DNA of 64,000 nucleotides from Synergistales bacterium (GCA_963666205.1 OY762654.1:2272001-2336000); one strand, 5' to 3'; shown: positions 41,008 through 49,834, counted from the first letter of the stretch. The notes: generated by a model not told the origin, from the letters alone. Program-made: numbers and translations.

Positions 41008-41101
41008 ATCAGGTCCCCTTCTTACGAGTCTGAAATATGAATTTATCCAGCGATGGAGTAGAATATCAGTATGAAATAAGAAGGTAGGGGGGTGAGAATG
41101 G

Positions 41102-41503
41102 ATGTTCTTTTTCAAACTTCTGGCACTAATGCTTGGTGTCGAGATGGTTTCCCTTGCTCCAGTTTTCATTCTTATGCACAAAGAGTTCAAAAAGATTCTG
41201 TTTAATGTTCTCTGTCCGGAACAGCGTCCTTCATGGATGTGGTTCCCTATCACCGGAGTCGCAGGTCTGATATTACTTGCCTGGTATGTTGAGTTGACAA
41301 CGAAGGTAAATCTGTCCTGGATAATTACCCTTTATCTGACCCTCGGGTTTGTCAAGTTCTACCTGATAATTTTCAGATATGATCAGTTTAGAGATATTAT
41401 GATCGACTTTAGTCGGAAAGAACGTTTTTTTCAGTGGGGGTTAGGATCATTGATATACTTTATTGGTATCTTTTTTCTGATCCTTGGGATGTTCGGCTTC
41501 TGA
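41102..41503 (+). CDS. Hypothetical membrane protein
   Basis: Four hydrophobic segments; GGGGGGTG RBS. Confidence 0.7.
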   Translation: MFFFKLLALMLGVEMVSLAPVFILMHKEFKKILFNVLCPEQRPSWMWFPITGVAGLILLAWYVELTTKVNLSWIITLYLTLGFVKFYLIIFRYDQFRDIMIDFSRKERFFQWGLGSLIYFIGIFFLILGMFGF

Positions 41504-41541
41504 TATCCTGTTCATAGTGTCTGGTTCATCTGATCTTTCAG

Positions 41542-41580
41542 TAAAAGGTGGCCCCCCTTTACCAGAGGGGCACCTTTTAC
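41542..41580. terminator. Bidirectional terminator
   Basis: GTAAAAGGTG(G)CCCC...GGGGCACCTTTTAC between convergent genes. Confidence 0.7.
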
Positions 41581-41590
41581 TTTTCATTTT

Positions 41591-41875
41591 TTAATTGGCC
41601 GGAGTATAGATATTGACTTCACTGCTTTCCCTGATCTCACCCAATCGGGGGACCAGAGCAGTGAAGTGGGGAGCTTTAAAATGAGCTTCCAGACTCTCCA
41701 TGGTATCCCATACTTCCAGAAAAGTAAGAATCAAGGGGTTATCCTTATCCTGGTAAAGAGCATATGAAATGCATCCCTTTTCTTTACGTGTCATATCGAC
41801 AAGTTCATAGGCTATCTTTTTGTACTCCTCCTGTAACTCTTTCTTGACTATTGATTTAGCTACTACGTGTATCAA
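41591..41875 (-). CDS. Antibiotic biosynthesis monooxygenase (ABM) / putative quinol monooxygenase
   Basis: TRKEKGCISYAL, FLEVW, LEAHFKAPHF; GGAGGGG RBS. Confidence 0.88.
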   Translation of the reverse strand: MIHVVAKSIVKKELQEEYKKIAYELVDMTRKEKGCISYALYQDKDNPLILTFLEVWDTMESLEAHFKAPHFTALVPRLGEIRESSEVNIYTPAN

Positions 41876-42240
41876 CTATTTCCCCTCCATTTAATTCAGA
41901 TACAAAAAACCTTCTGGATTGAATAATTTTATCACAGGAAGATTTTAATAAGGATAATGGCTGACATTAGTTGACTCATTAAAAATTTATTCATTCGTGA
42001 ATTTGTTCTAAGTTATTATAATTACAACAGAATCTTCTACAGGTATAGAATGATCTTAATAAAAAGGGTATAAGAGCCTGACCAAAACTGCTCTATATCT
42101 GATCTTTTGTCATATTTCATAATGAGAGAATAGATAATCATGTTAGCGATAAGACATATTTAGATGGCATTGTGTAGAGTCTGACTGGATCCTGTAAATA
42201 TATTCCACAGATTCCATCAGTGAATTAATTTGTAACAATA

Positions 42241-42522
42241 ACTTGTATATGTGCTGTTCGTCTGGATATTATAGCTATTCCTGGAGAAACCTCCCCTTCT
42301 CCTCTTTCTGCAATTATTGCAGATGAAGCTGCCTCGGTAATATCAACCGTAAGATCACTGCTGTCAGTCTCATTCATTTCCCGGGAAAAAATTAGGTGAT
42401 GTTGTCGAATTTGGAGGATTATCAGGGAGAGCTTTCGTAATGTTGGTTAGCACCTTCGGTTCTGAGATGTTTATTGCCAGGGGAGGGAGGTCCCTGCCCC
42501 TGTTATTGTTTTGAATAATTGA
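42241..42522 (+). pseudogene. C-terminal remnant of a UPF0210/DUF711 (PFL-family) protein
   Basis: Across about 3 frameshifts: CAVRLDIIAIPGETS..LSAIIADEAA / [16 protein letters not shown] / [12 protein letters not shown]...FIARGGR / PAPV..LNN*. Confidence 0.8.
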
Positions 42523-42528
42523 AAGGAT

Positions 42529-42783
42529 CTAACCATTATGTTTGAGTTTTCTGACCAGTATCAGAACAGCCATCCATATAAAGGCAACTGAGCAAGAGGC
42601 TTGAATGCTATTGCTTGCAAGATATCCGAAATATCCGGAGAGGCAGGGTGTCCCGATAGTGACCCCCTGTCTCATGAGGATAAGTAAATAAGGATCGGGA
42701 ATCACCCTTTTCAGGATCAGATAAACTCCCAGGAAGGGGAATGTCCAGAGAGAAGCGCCAAGAGCTGTTGCGAAAGAGATCAT
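42529..42783 (-). CDS. Small hypothetical membrane protein
   Basis: AAGGAG RBS; 84 aa, hydrophobic. Confidence 0.55.
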   Translation of the reverse strand: MISFATALGASLWTFPFLGVYLILKRVIPDPYLLILMRQGVTIGTPCLSGYFGYLASNSIQASCSVAFIWMAVLILVRKLKHNG

Positions 42784-42903
42784 TCTGTTTTTTCTCCTTT
42801 TGATTTCCAGTCATTTTATGTATTTTCACTCGAAAAATGCATATCTGAAAGGTCTGGCCCCTTTGTTCATTGATTATTCAGGCCACCGACTTACCTATTC
42901 TTT

Positions 42904-43359
42904 TTAAAATAGTCGTTTTATGATGTAACCCCAGAATAATGGTGCCAGGAGCATTGTTCCAAGAACAATCAACCCTAATCTACCCTCCTTTATTCTGTAA
43001 TCATAAAGGATAAGAGATATGGGTGTTCTGAGAAGAAAATACATTATTAAGGTCTCTGTTATAACACTGAGGATTACCCATATTATACCTGTCAGCAGGA
43101 GAAAAGGGATAGATGCTTCAATGCTGGAAGTGCCTACAAGAAGCCAGAAAAGAAATAGGATTACCAGTATGATCATTGATGTTTCTGTCTGGTGGGACCT
43201 TCTTTCTCCTGCGAAAGGAACGAGAAATACGTTTTTGAATCCTCTGATGATAATTTTTAAAAAAACAAGAACTACCCAGAACCTCAAAGCCCACATGATA
43301 AGATCATCCATTGACAACGTCCTTCCGGTGTTTTGTTCATGTAATTCCTTTCGAATCAT
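42904..43359 (-). CDS. Hypothetical membrane protein
   Basis: Four TM segments; W..L...E...DY....GRL..IVL..ML.AP pattern. Confidence 0.65.
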   Translation of the reverse strand: MIRKELHEQNTGRTLSMDDLIMWALRFWVVLVFLKIIIRGFKNVFLVPFAGERRSHQTETSMIILVILFLFWLLVGTSSIEASIPFLLLTGIIWVILSVITETLIMYFLLRTPISLILYDYRIKEGRLGLIVLGTMLLAPLFWGYIIKRLF

Positions 43360-43587
43360 TTCAAGAGATATTATAGATCAGATTTTATACCCAGCCGGGG
43401 ATACATTGTCAAAAGAAAATGATGTTGACATTCCCCTTCTTAACACTTCTGTTTAAGCCCTTTGGTACTGTTTTACAGATTGTTTTACTTTACCAGTTCT
43501 CCAATACATCATTTGACCATGATAGAGAAAAGATGTATCATCTATTCACGTATATGAATCAGCGTTTATGAGTGGGGTACAGGAGGA

Positions 43588-44028
43588 GTGAATGTTATGA
43601 CAAAAATGCAGGTTAATTATGTTTATTTTGCTCTTGTTCTTTTACTTTCCATGCTTCTTCTTATAACCGGTCGCATAATGGTTGCACAAAGCTATTCTTC
43701 TGAGACTGAAAATGTCGGGAGGGTAGAAGTAGCACAGGCAAGGCAGAGAATTCTTACAGGAGAGAGTCTTTTTGTTTGTGCATACGATGGTATTGAAAAA
43801 TACAGATCCGTTGCTCTTGAAGGATCCATATCCCTCAATAGTTTCAAGGAGGTATTGAATGAAATACCTCTGGATAAAGAGATAATATTTTACTGAGCAT
43901 GACCGGAGGAAGCTTCAGCAGTCCGTGTGGCTGCGTCCTTTCTTGAGCAGGGCTACAATGTCAAAGCTCTTCTCGGAGGAGTAGATGCGTGGAAAGATGC
44001 AGGTTATATTGATCTTGTATGTGAATGA
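43588..44028 (+). CDS. Exported rhodanese-like (seleno)protein with two in-frame UGA codons (Y-U-A-U-P)
   Basis: Frame continues past TGA 43894 and TGA 43900 as PEEASAVRVAASFLEQGYNVKALLGGVDAWKDAGY, the rhodanese C-terminal signature; SECIS-like hairpin at 43918-43934. Confidence 0.8.
43906..43940 (+). promoter_or_regulatory. Candidate bacterial SECIS element
   Basis: Stem GCAGUC/GGCUGC with loop CGUGU, starting 22 nt after the second UGA; possible lower stem GAGGA/UCCUU. Confidence 0.6.
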
Positions 44029-44396
44029 GTTATCACTTTATGTGTCTTTAAAATAGGGGAAACGAATATAATCCGCGTAAATCTCGTTCGGTTGAAGAAC
44101 CCATAAAAACAGAAACAGGCGATATGTTACTGTAGAAGTGGAAAAAGATTTGCAATGATGGGGCTGAAAAGCCCCTTTCCAGTTTTATTCTCTTGGTTAT
44201 TTTACTTAAGGATCGTATATGGATCTTTTCCCATATCTGAATGCTATCAGGCCCCCCACGGGTATTCTGGTAGAAGGGAAAATGAGGGGTATTTCGTTAA
44301 TGGCATTTCCCTTTGGCGAGAGTGTTCTTTATTGAACTGGGAAATTCGGTATTCTATTCTGAAAATTGCCATTATCATTTTTTAGAAAAATAATGG

Positions 44397-44425
44397 TTGA
44401 CTCATTCTATAAACATGTGTAAGAT
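44397..44425 (+). promoter_or_regulatory. Sigma70 promoter of the ilv leader region
   Basis: TTGACT-17 bp-TAAGAT with TG extension. Confidence 0.75.
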
Positions 44426-44470
44426 GACCACTAATTTACTTTCAGCAGCCACAGCAAAGGAGGGATAGCA

Positions 44471-44572
44471 GTGAAAGGAACGTCATTTATCAAGATCCAG
44501 CACATCAACGTAATAATTATAGCCATCATTATTAGCTGCGGGTCCCTTCCTGGAGCGTTTGTTGGCTGTTAA
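44471..44572 (+). CDS. Ile-rich ilv attenuator leader peptide, copy 1 (33 aa, MKGTSFIKIQHINVIIIAIIISCGSLPGAFVGC)
   Basis: AAAGGAGG RBS, GTG start, 9 Ile codons, followed by antiterminator and terminator. Confidence 0.85.
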   Translation: MKGTSFIKIQHINVIIIAIIISCGSLPGAFVGC

Positions 44573-44593
44573 CATCTGACCAGCATGCATTTC

Positions 44594-44632
44594 AGGGCCG
44601 GGATTCCCCGAAGGGGTTCCGGCCCTTTTTTT
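44594..44632 (+). terminator. Attenuator terminator 1
   Basis: AGGGCCGGGATTCC...GGGGTTCCGGCCC followed by TTTTTTT. Confidence 0.9.
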
Positions 44633-44711
44633 GTGGAAATCAAAGAAGTGATTCAGTAGCGATATAGAGATGGATTGTTAGCGATACCTTGTCAACAAAG
44701 GAGGGATAGCA

Positions 44712-44813
44712 GTGAAAGGAACGTCATTTGTAAAGATCCAGTACATCAACATAATAATTATAGCCATCATTATTAACTGCGGGTCCCTTCCTGGAGCATT
44801 TGTTGGCTGTTAA
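44712..44813 (+). CDS. Ile-rich ilv attenuator leader peptide, copy 2 (33 aa, MKGTSFVKIQYINIIIIAIIINCGSLPGAFVGC)
   Basis: Near-identical to copy 1, 241 nt downstream; same RBS; 9 Ile codons. Confidence 0.85.
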   Translation: MKGTSFVKIQYINIIIIAIIINCGSLPGAFVGC

Positions 44814-44834
44814 CATATCACCAGCAGGCATTTC

Positions 44835-44871
44835 AGGGCCGGGACTCCCGAAGGGGTCCCGGCCCTTTTTT
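44835..44871 (+). terminator. Attenuator terminator 2
   Basis: AGGGCCGGGACTCC-CGAA-GGGGTCCCGGCCC followed by TTTTTT. Confidence 0.9.
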
Positions 44872-44903
44872 GTGGAGAAACTGAGGATAAGGGAGGGAAA
44901 GTT

Positions 44904-45155
44904 ATGGAGGGTTATCTCAAGGTAGTAGCAGAAGACAATCCGGCAACTCTTGTTAAGATATCAAGTCTTCTGTGCAGGAAAGGTTATGAAGTTAAAAGCC
45001 TGACTTTTGGGCCTGATTCATCTGAAGGATTGTCTCTTTTCAACATTGTCCTGAGGGATAACGGAAAAGAAGCCATCAGGATCCTTAAGCAGATAAACAA
45101 GCTGATCGAAGTTGTTGAAGTGAGATCAGTAGAGCCTGAAGGAGTGACTGTATAA
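44904..45155 (+). CDS. ilvN: Acetolactate synthase small subunit, short ACT-only form
   Basis: ACT domain ending KQINKLIEVVEV; first gene ahead of ilvC and ilvB. Confidence 0.8.
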   Translation: MEGYLKVVAEDNPATLVKISSLLCRKGYEVKSLTFGPDSSEGLSLFNIVLRDNGKEAIRILKQINKLIEVVEVRSVEPEGVTV

Positions 45156-45214
45156 GTATCCTGATACATAGAGAAACGTGGAGACAGAAAGAATTACTAA
45201 TATAAAAGGAGTGC

Positions 45215-46231
45215 ATGACATTGGCAAAGATCTATTACGACAAAGATACGGATATGAAGGTTCTTGAGGGAAAGACAGTAGCAGTACTTGGATATGGAAG
45301 CCAGGGGCATGCCCATGCCCAGAATCTTAGGGACAGTGGTGTGAATGTAGTGGTAGGACTCTATGAAGGCAGTCGTTCTGCCGTTACTGCAAGAGCAGAC
45401 GGATTTGAGGTTTTTTCTGTTGGTGAAGCGACATCTCTGGCAGATGTAGTAATGTTCCTTATGCCCGATCATCTTCAGGGCAGGGTCTTTCATGAAAGTG
45501 TTAAGCCCAATCTTAAGCAGGGAATGGCCCTTGCCTTTGCCCATGGATTCTCAATCCACTTCAACCAGGTTGAACCACCTGCAGGAGTGGATGTATTCAT
45601 GATCTCTCCCAAGAGTCCTGGTCACCTGGTGAGGTCCATGTACAAGGAAGGTAAGGGAGTACCTGCTCTTGTGGCGGTAAGGGAGAATGCGTCAGGTAAT
45701 GCCATGGATATAGCGCTGGCCTATGGTTCAGGTATAGGTGCAGGCAGGGCAGGGATTCTTGAGACTAATTTCAAGGAAGAAACGGAGACCGATCTTTTTG
45801 GTGAGCAGGTAGTTCTCTGCGGAGGCATCACTGAACTTATGAAAGCTGGTTTTGAAGTTCTGACCGAGGCAGGTTACGATCCTGAGATCGCCTACTTCGA
45901 GTGTCTTAATGAGATGAAGCTCATAGTGGATCTTATGTTCGAGGGTGGAATTTCGTGGATGAGATACAGTGTGAGTGATACTGCCAACTATGGAGATATG
46001 TGTGTGGGTCCCAGGATCATAGATGAGGATGCAAGAGAGAAGATGAGAGAAGTCCTCCGCAATGTTCAGGATGGGGTTTTTGCAAAGGACTGGATCCTTG
46101 AGAATCAGACAGGCCGTCCCCGCTTAAAGAAGTGGATGAAGAGTGAACAGGAACACCCAATAGAGACGGTTGGTTCCCAGCTCAGGGATATGATGCCATG
46201 GCTTAATGCCAAAAGGGTTCCTAAACCCTAG
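45215..46231 (+). CDS. ilvC: Ketol-acid reductoisomerase
   Basis: [45 protein letters not shown]. Confidence 0.97.
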   Translation: MTLAKIYYDKDTDMKVLEGKTVAVLGYGSQGHAHAQNLRDSGVNVVVGLYEGSRSAVTARADGFEVFSVGEATSLADVVMFLMPDHLQGRVFHESVKPNLKQGMALAFAHGFSIHFNQVEPPAGVDVFMISPKSPGHLVRSMYKEGKGVPALVAVRENASGNAMDIALAYGSGIGAGRAGILETNFKEETETDLFGEQVVLCGGITELMKAGFEVLTEAGYDPEIAYFECLNEMKLIVDLMFEGGISWMRYSVSDTANYGDMCVGPRIIDEDAREKMREVLRNVQDGVFAKDWILENQTGRPRLKKWMKSEQEHPIETVGSQLRDMMPWLNAKRVPKP

Positions 46232-46302
46232 AAAACAACTCATCCATAAAAGTATCGTTCTTTAGGTCCGGAGTGTGAGAAAGGGAACAGGAGGAAGAAT
46301 TC

Positions 46303-47967
46303 ATGAAAATGACAGGTGCTGAAATGGTCGTTAAATCCCTTGAAAAAGAGAATATTGGCTGTGTGTTCGGATTACCGGGAGGGACGGTGATACCCCTTTA
46401 TGATGCCTTGTACGATGCCTCGTTTCTTCATGTCCTGATGCGGCATGAACAGGCGGCATGTCATGCCGCGGAAGGTTATGCCCGTATAAAGGGAAAAGCG
46501 GGAGTATGCATTGTAACCTCCGGTCCGGGGGCCACCAATGCTATTACGGGATTGTCAAATGCCATGCTTGATTCAGTTCCTCTTGTTCTTATAGCAGGCC
46601 ATGTCGCAAATTCGATGATGGGGACAGATGCCTTTCAGGAGGCAGATATTTTCGGGAGCAGCTTTTCCTTTGTCAAACACAGTTTCTTTGTTAAAAAAAT
46701 AGAAGAACTGACCTATGCCATGAAAAATGCATTTGCTCTTGCAGAATCCGGCCGACCTGGTCCTGTCCTGATAACTCTTCCGGTAGATGTTCAGCGTTCG
46801 GTAGGGGAGTTCGAATATCCTGATAGAGCTGCCCTGCCGACGTCCGGTATGGTTTCCTTTCCGGATCCTGATCTGATCAAATCTACATTTAGTGCGATTC
46901 AGGATTCCTTTCGACCTGTAATCCTTGCAGGAGGAGGAATTTTAAGTTCCAGGGCAAGTTCTGAACTATCAGAATTTGCAGAAAAAATGAATATACCTGT
47001 AGCTACGACCCTTATGGGGAAGGGTGCTTTCCCCGAGAGTTCTGATCTTTCCCTGGGAATGGCTGGTATGCATGGAACCCCCCAGGCAAATCTGGCTATA
47101 TCCAATTCCGATCTTCTGATTGCAGTAGGGACTAGATTCAGTGACAGGACTACCGGTAATCTCGGCAAATTTGCTCCCTCTGCCCGTGTCATTCATGTCG
47201 ATATTGATGAATCGGAATTTGACAAGATTCGTAAGGCAGACTTTCCTGTTCATGGTGATGCAGGAGCCGTATTAAAGGAACTATCTTCAAAAACCGGATC
47301 GCGACATTCTCCGACCCAGTGGCTTGATCAGATTGCTGAATGGAAAGATACTTATCCTCTCGAACCCGAAGAAGACTCCCTATCTGCTCCCCTGATTATC
47401 AGGAAACTTAGAGAAAAGGTAGGAACGGACTGTATTCTAACCACTGAAGTCGGTCAGAACCAGATGTGGTCTGCTCTTCACTGGACAGTTGATAAACCGG
47501 GAAAATTTATCACATCGGGGGGGCTTGGGACCATGGGCTTTGGCTTTCCTGCAGCTATCGGGGCATCTTTTGCCAGAGGTAAAGAACCAGTGGTCTGCGT
47601 TGCAGGAGATGGAAGCCTTCTTATGAATCTCCAGGAACTTGAAACATGTGCGAGATATGAACTACCGGTCAAGATCTTCCTGCTGAATAACGGAACCCTT
47701 GGAATGGTGAGGCAGTGGCAGGAAATGTTTGCCAATGAGAGATATTCCCATACTGTTACCGGGGATAAATGTAATTTCCCCCAAATTGCGGAAGCATGCG
47801 GAATAATGGGCCTTCATGTGGATTCAGTGGCAGATCTGGAAAGAGCTCTTGAAACTGTTTTTCTTCACAATGGTCCGGTTCTGGTTGACTGTCGAATACC
47901 TCTTGAGGAAAAGGTCATGCCGATGGTCCCTCCAGGTAGAGGCCTTGCCGAGTTCCTGTACCGGTAA
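46303..47967 (+). CDS. ilvB: Acetolactate synthase large subunit
   Basis: FGLPGG, RHEQ, TSGPGATN, GMAGMHG, SGGLGTMGFG, GDGS, LGMVRQWQ. Confidence 0.96.
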   Translation: MKMTGAEMVVKSLEKENIGCVFGLPGGTVIPLYDALYDASFLHVLMRHEQAACHAAEGYARIKGKAGVCIVTSGPGATNAITGLSNAMLDSVPLVLIAGHVANSMMGTDAFQEADIFGSSFSFVKHSFFVKKIEELTYAMKNAFALAESGRPGPVLITLPVDVQRSVGEFEYPDRAALPTSGMVSFPDPDLIKSTFSAIQDSFRPVILAGGGILSSRASSELSEFAEKMNIPVATTLMGKGAFPESSDLSLGMAGMHGTPQANLAISNSDLLIAVGTRFSDRTTGNLGKFAPSARVIHVDIDESEFDKIRKADFPVHGDAGAVLKELSSKTGSRHSPTQWLDQIAEWKDTYPLEPEEDSLSAPLIIRKLREKVGTDCILTTEVGQNQMWSALHWTVDKPGKFITSGGLGTMGFGFPAAIGASFARGKEPVVCVAGDGSLLMNLQELETCARYELPVKIFLLNNGTLGMVRQWQEMFANERYSHTVTGDKCNFPQIAEACGIMGLHVDSVADLERALETVFLHNGPVLVDCRIPLEEKVMPMVPPGRGLAEFLYR

Positions 47968-47999
47968 TCGTGTTGTGACCTGTTTCCTCGATTCTTGGT

Positions 48000-48092
48000 A
48001 TGGAGGGTATTTCCAATGTAAATGGAGTTAACAGGTTAGTCCTGCTTATCCTTAACTGCTGGTTCCCTTCTGGAGCGATTGTTGACGGTTAG
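48000..48092 (+). CDS. Putative third, diverged leader peptide (30 aa, MEGISNVNGVNRLVLLILNCWFPSGAIVDG)
   Basis: 3' half homologous to leaders 1 and 2 (TTAACTGC.GGT.CC.T.CTGGAGC..TTGTTG...CATT..AGGGCCGG); LVLLIL run; RBS weak or absent. Confidence 0.55.
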   Translation: MEGISNVNGVNRLVLLILNCWFPSGAIVDG

Positions 48093-48112
48093 CTTCTCAC
48101 CGTAAGACATTC

Positions 48113-48147
48113 AAGGGCCGGAACCCACAAAATATGTCTGGTCTTTC
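48113..48147 (+). terminator. Weak or degenerate attenuator terminator 3
   Basis: AAGGGCCGGA/TCTGGTCTTT 10-bp stem with 3 G-U pairs and a 14-nt loop. Confidence 0.45.
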
Positions 48148-48185
48148 GTTATTGTTTCATAGGGAAAAAGAAGGGATGTTTTAAG

Positions 48186-48701
48186 ATGAAAGGATATCTA
48201 AGTGTTCTGACCCGGAATAGCCCTGGTGTTTTCATGAAAATCTCCAGTCTTCTTTACAAAAGTGGTCTGGAAATGGAAAATCTGACTTTTGGACAGGATT
48301 CATCGGTAGTCTGTTTCCGTTTCAACATTGCTGTAACCACAGGCAGAGTGAATTCTTATCAGGTGGTAAATCAGCTCAAAAAACTGGTCGAGGTGATCGA
48401 CGTCAAAGAAGCAGAGAAAGATTGCCTGGTTGAACAATGTATGATAAATCTCAAGGTAAGGAAAACCATGCAGAACGGACCTCGCCTTTTTCTGATAGCT
48501 GACCTTTTTAATGCAAGGGTGGTTCATCATGATCAGGAAACGACAACATTTGAACTCATGGGAGATAGCGTAGAGACTGGAGCCTGTCTCGGTGCTTTAA
48601 AGTCCTTTGAAATAGTTGAATTGTCCGTCTTCAATGTTGATGAAATCGTCAAGGGCGATTTTAAATGTAATAGAAAGAGTTCTCTGCAGATTACAGTATA
48701 A
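48186..48701 (+). CDS. ilvN: Acetolactate synthase small subunit, long form (paralogue)
   Basis: ACT domain (QLKKLVEVIDV) plus IlvH-like C-terminal domain (IADLFNARVV...FELMGD). Confidence 0.8.
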   Translation: MKGYLSVLTRNSPGVFMKISSLLYKSGLEMENLTFGQDSSVVCFRFNIAVTTGRVNSYQVVNQLKKLVEVIDVKEAEKDCLVEQCMINLKVRKTMQNGPRLFLIADLFNARVVHHDQETTTFELMGDSVETGACLGALKSFEIVELSVFNVDEIVKGDFKCNRKSSLQITV

Positions 48702-49006
48702 ATAAGTGCATTAGGCTGGTCATAACCGGATATGGAAACCAGTATTATGACCGTATTCGGAACCTTGAAGACAGAAAGGGAATTCGGGAATAGTCTATGA
48801 AGATGTCAGTTCTGCATTTCCAGCCTGTATATACGGTTTCCTGGTTTATCCAGTCGGATAAGGTATTTTTTCCTGTTGAAGCAAAATTGGGCCTTTATTT
48901 GGACAATGGTAAATTCTTCACGATTTTTTTCAAAAGAATCTCTTTACTTATATCTAGTCTTAACTAATTATCTTAAATATTATATACTTGCAAACAAGAG
49001 GGAGAA

Positions 49007-49579
49007 GTGATGTTGAAAATGAAGATTATTATATCCTTACTCTTCCTTTTTTTCTTTTCAGCAGGTTGTTCCTCAGGGGAAGAGGGAATAGAAAAAGTTC
49101 TGTTTGCGTTTGAGAGAAAAGACGCTTTGCAGGGATGGGTTTCAATGAATGATAACGTAATGGGCGGTGTATCTTCTGGTGAAATATCCTGGGATAATGG
49201 TATGGCTGTTTTTCGAGGGAATCTCTCCCTTGAGAATAACGGAGGTTTCAGTTCTACAAGGTCTCCAGAAATAACATCAGATATTGTATCCTTCAAGGGA
49301 CTCTCGGCAATGATAAGAGGAGATGGAAGAAAATATTCATTCACCCTTCAAGGCGCATCCGGGGATAGTGGGTATCTTTTCCAGTCTCCTTTTTTAACGA
49401 AATCGGGAAAATGGGAGGAAATAAAGATTCCCTTTTCTGATTTTGTGGCGACATTCAGAGGAATTTCCCTTCCTTTCATGTCCTTGAACCTTAAAAAAAT
49501 CAAAAGAATAGGCATACTGATCGCAGATAAAAAGGAGGGACCCTTTAAACTGGATATCCTTTGGTTTAAGGTTTTTTGA
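49007..49579 (+). CDS. CIA30 family lipoprotein
   Basis: Lipobox SAG-C; NDNVMGGVS, LSLENNGGFSS, GDGRKY, PFSDF..TFRG, LIADKKEGPFKL. Confidence 0.9.
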   Translation: MMLKMKIIISLLFLFFFSAGCSSGEEGIEKVLFAFERKDALQGWVSMNDNVMGGVSSGEISWDNGMAVFRGNLSLENNGGFSSTRSPEITSDIVSFKGLSAMIRGDGRKYSFTLQGASGDSGYLFQSPFLTKSGKWEEIKIPFSDFVATFRGISLPFMSLNLKKIKRIGILIADKKEGPFKLDILWFKVF

Positions 49580-49754
49580 TCATGGATCTTTCTCCATATC
49601 CGGATTACTCACTTTATCCAGTCAGTCCTGAATCCTGTTTCTTCTCATCAAAACTACCTCTTGGGCTATGTTGGTAACAAATGCAAAAGAAATAATTTAC
49701 CTGGATCCAGAATTACCCTTCCTTGCCTCAGCTCAGTCAAAAATGCAGCATCTG

Positions 49755-49810
49755 TTGACTTTAAAACATTTCAATTGTATTATACAACCAAATTAAGCAA
49801 CCGGTTGCAT
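49755..49810 (+). promoter_or_regulatory. Sigma70 promoter with downstream LacI-type palindrome
   Basis: TTGACT-17 bp-TATTAT; AAGCAACCGGTTGCAT at 49795-49810. Confidence 0.65.
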
Positions 49811-49834
49811 AATAGAATTGGGGAGGTTATACAA

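Larger units (their letters stand above)
44455..44876 (+). repeat. Direct repeat of about 180 bp (leader peptide plus attenuator), two copies, period 241 bp
   Basis: CAAAGGAGGGATAGCAGTGAAAGGAACGTCATTT...GGCCCTTTTTT(T)GTGGA occurs at 44455 and 44696. Confidence 0.95.

Noticed and set aside
44155-44385. 76-aa ORF upstream of the ilv promoter
   Set aside because: No convincing RBS or recognisable motif; probably non-coding.
44471-44813. Tandem hydrophobic 33-aa ORFs as type I toxin-antitoxin peptides
   Set aside because: Their position ahead of ilv genes, the Ile-specific runs and the terminator/antiterminator complementarity fit attenuation much better; no antisense RNA signals were seen.
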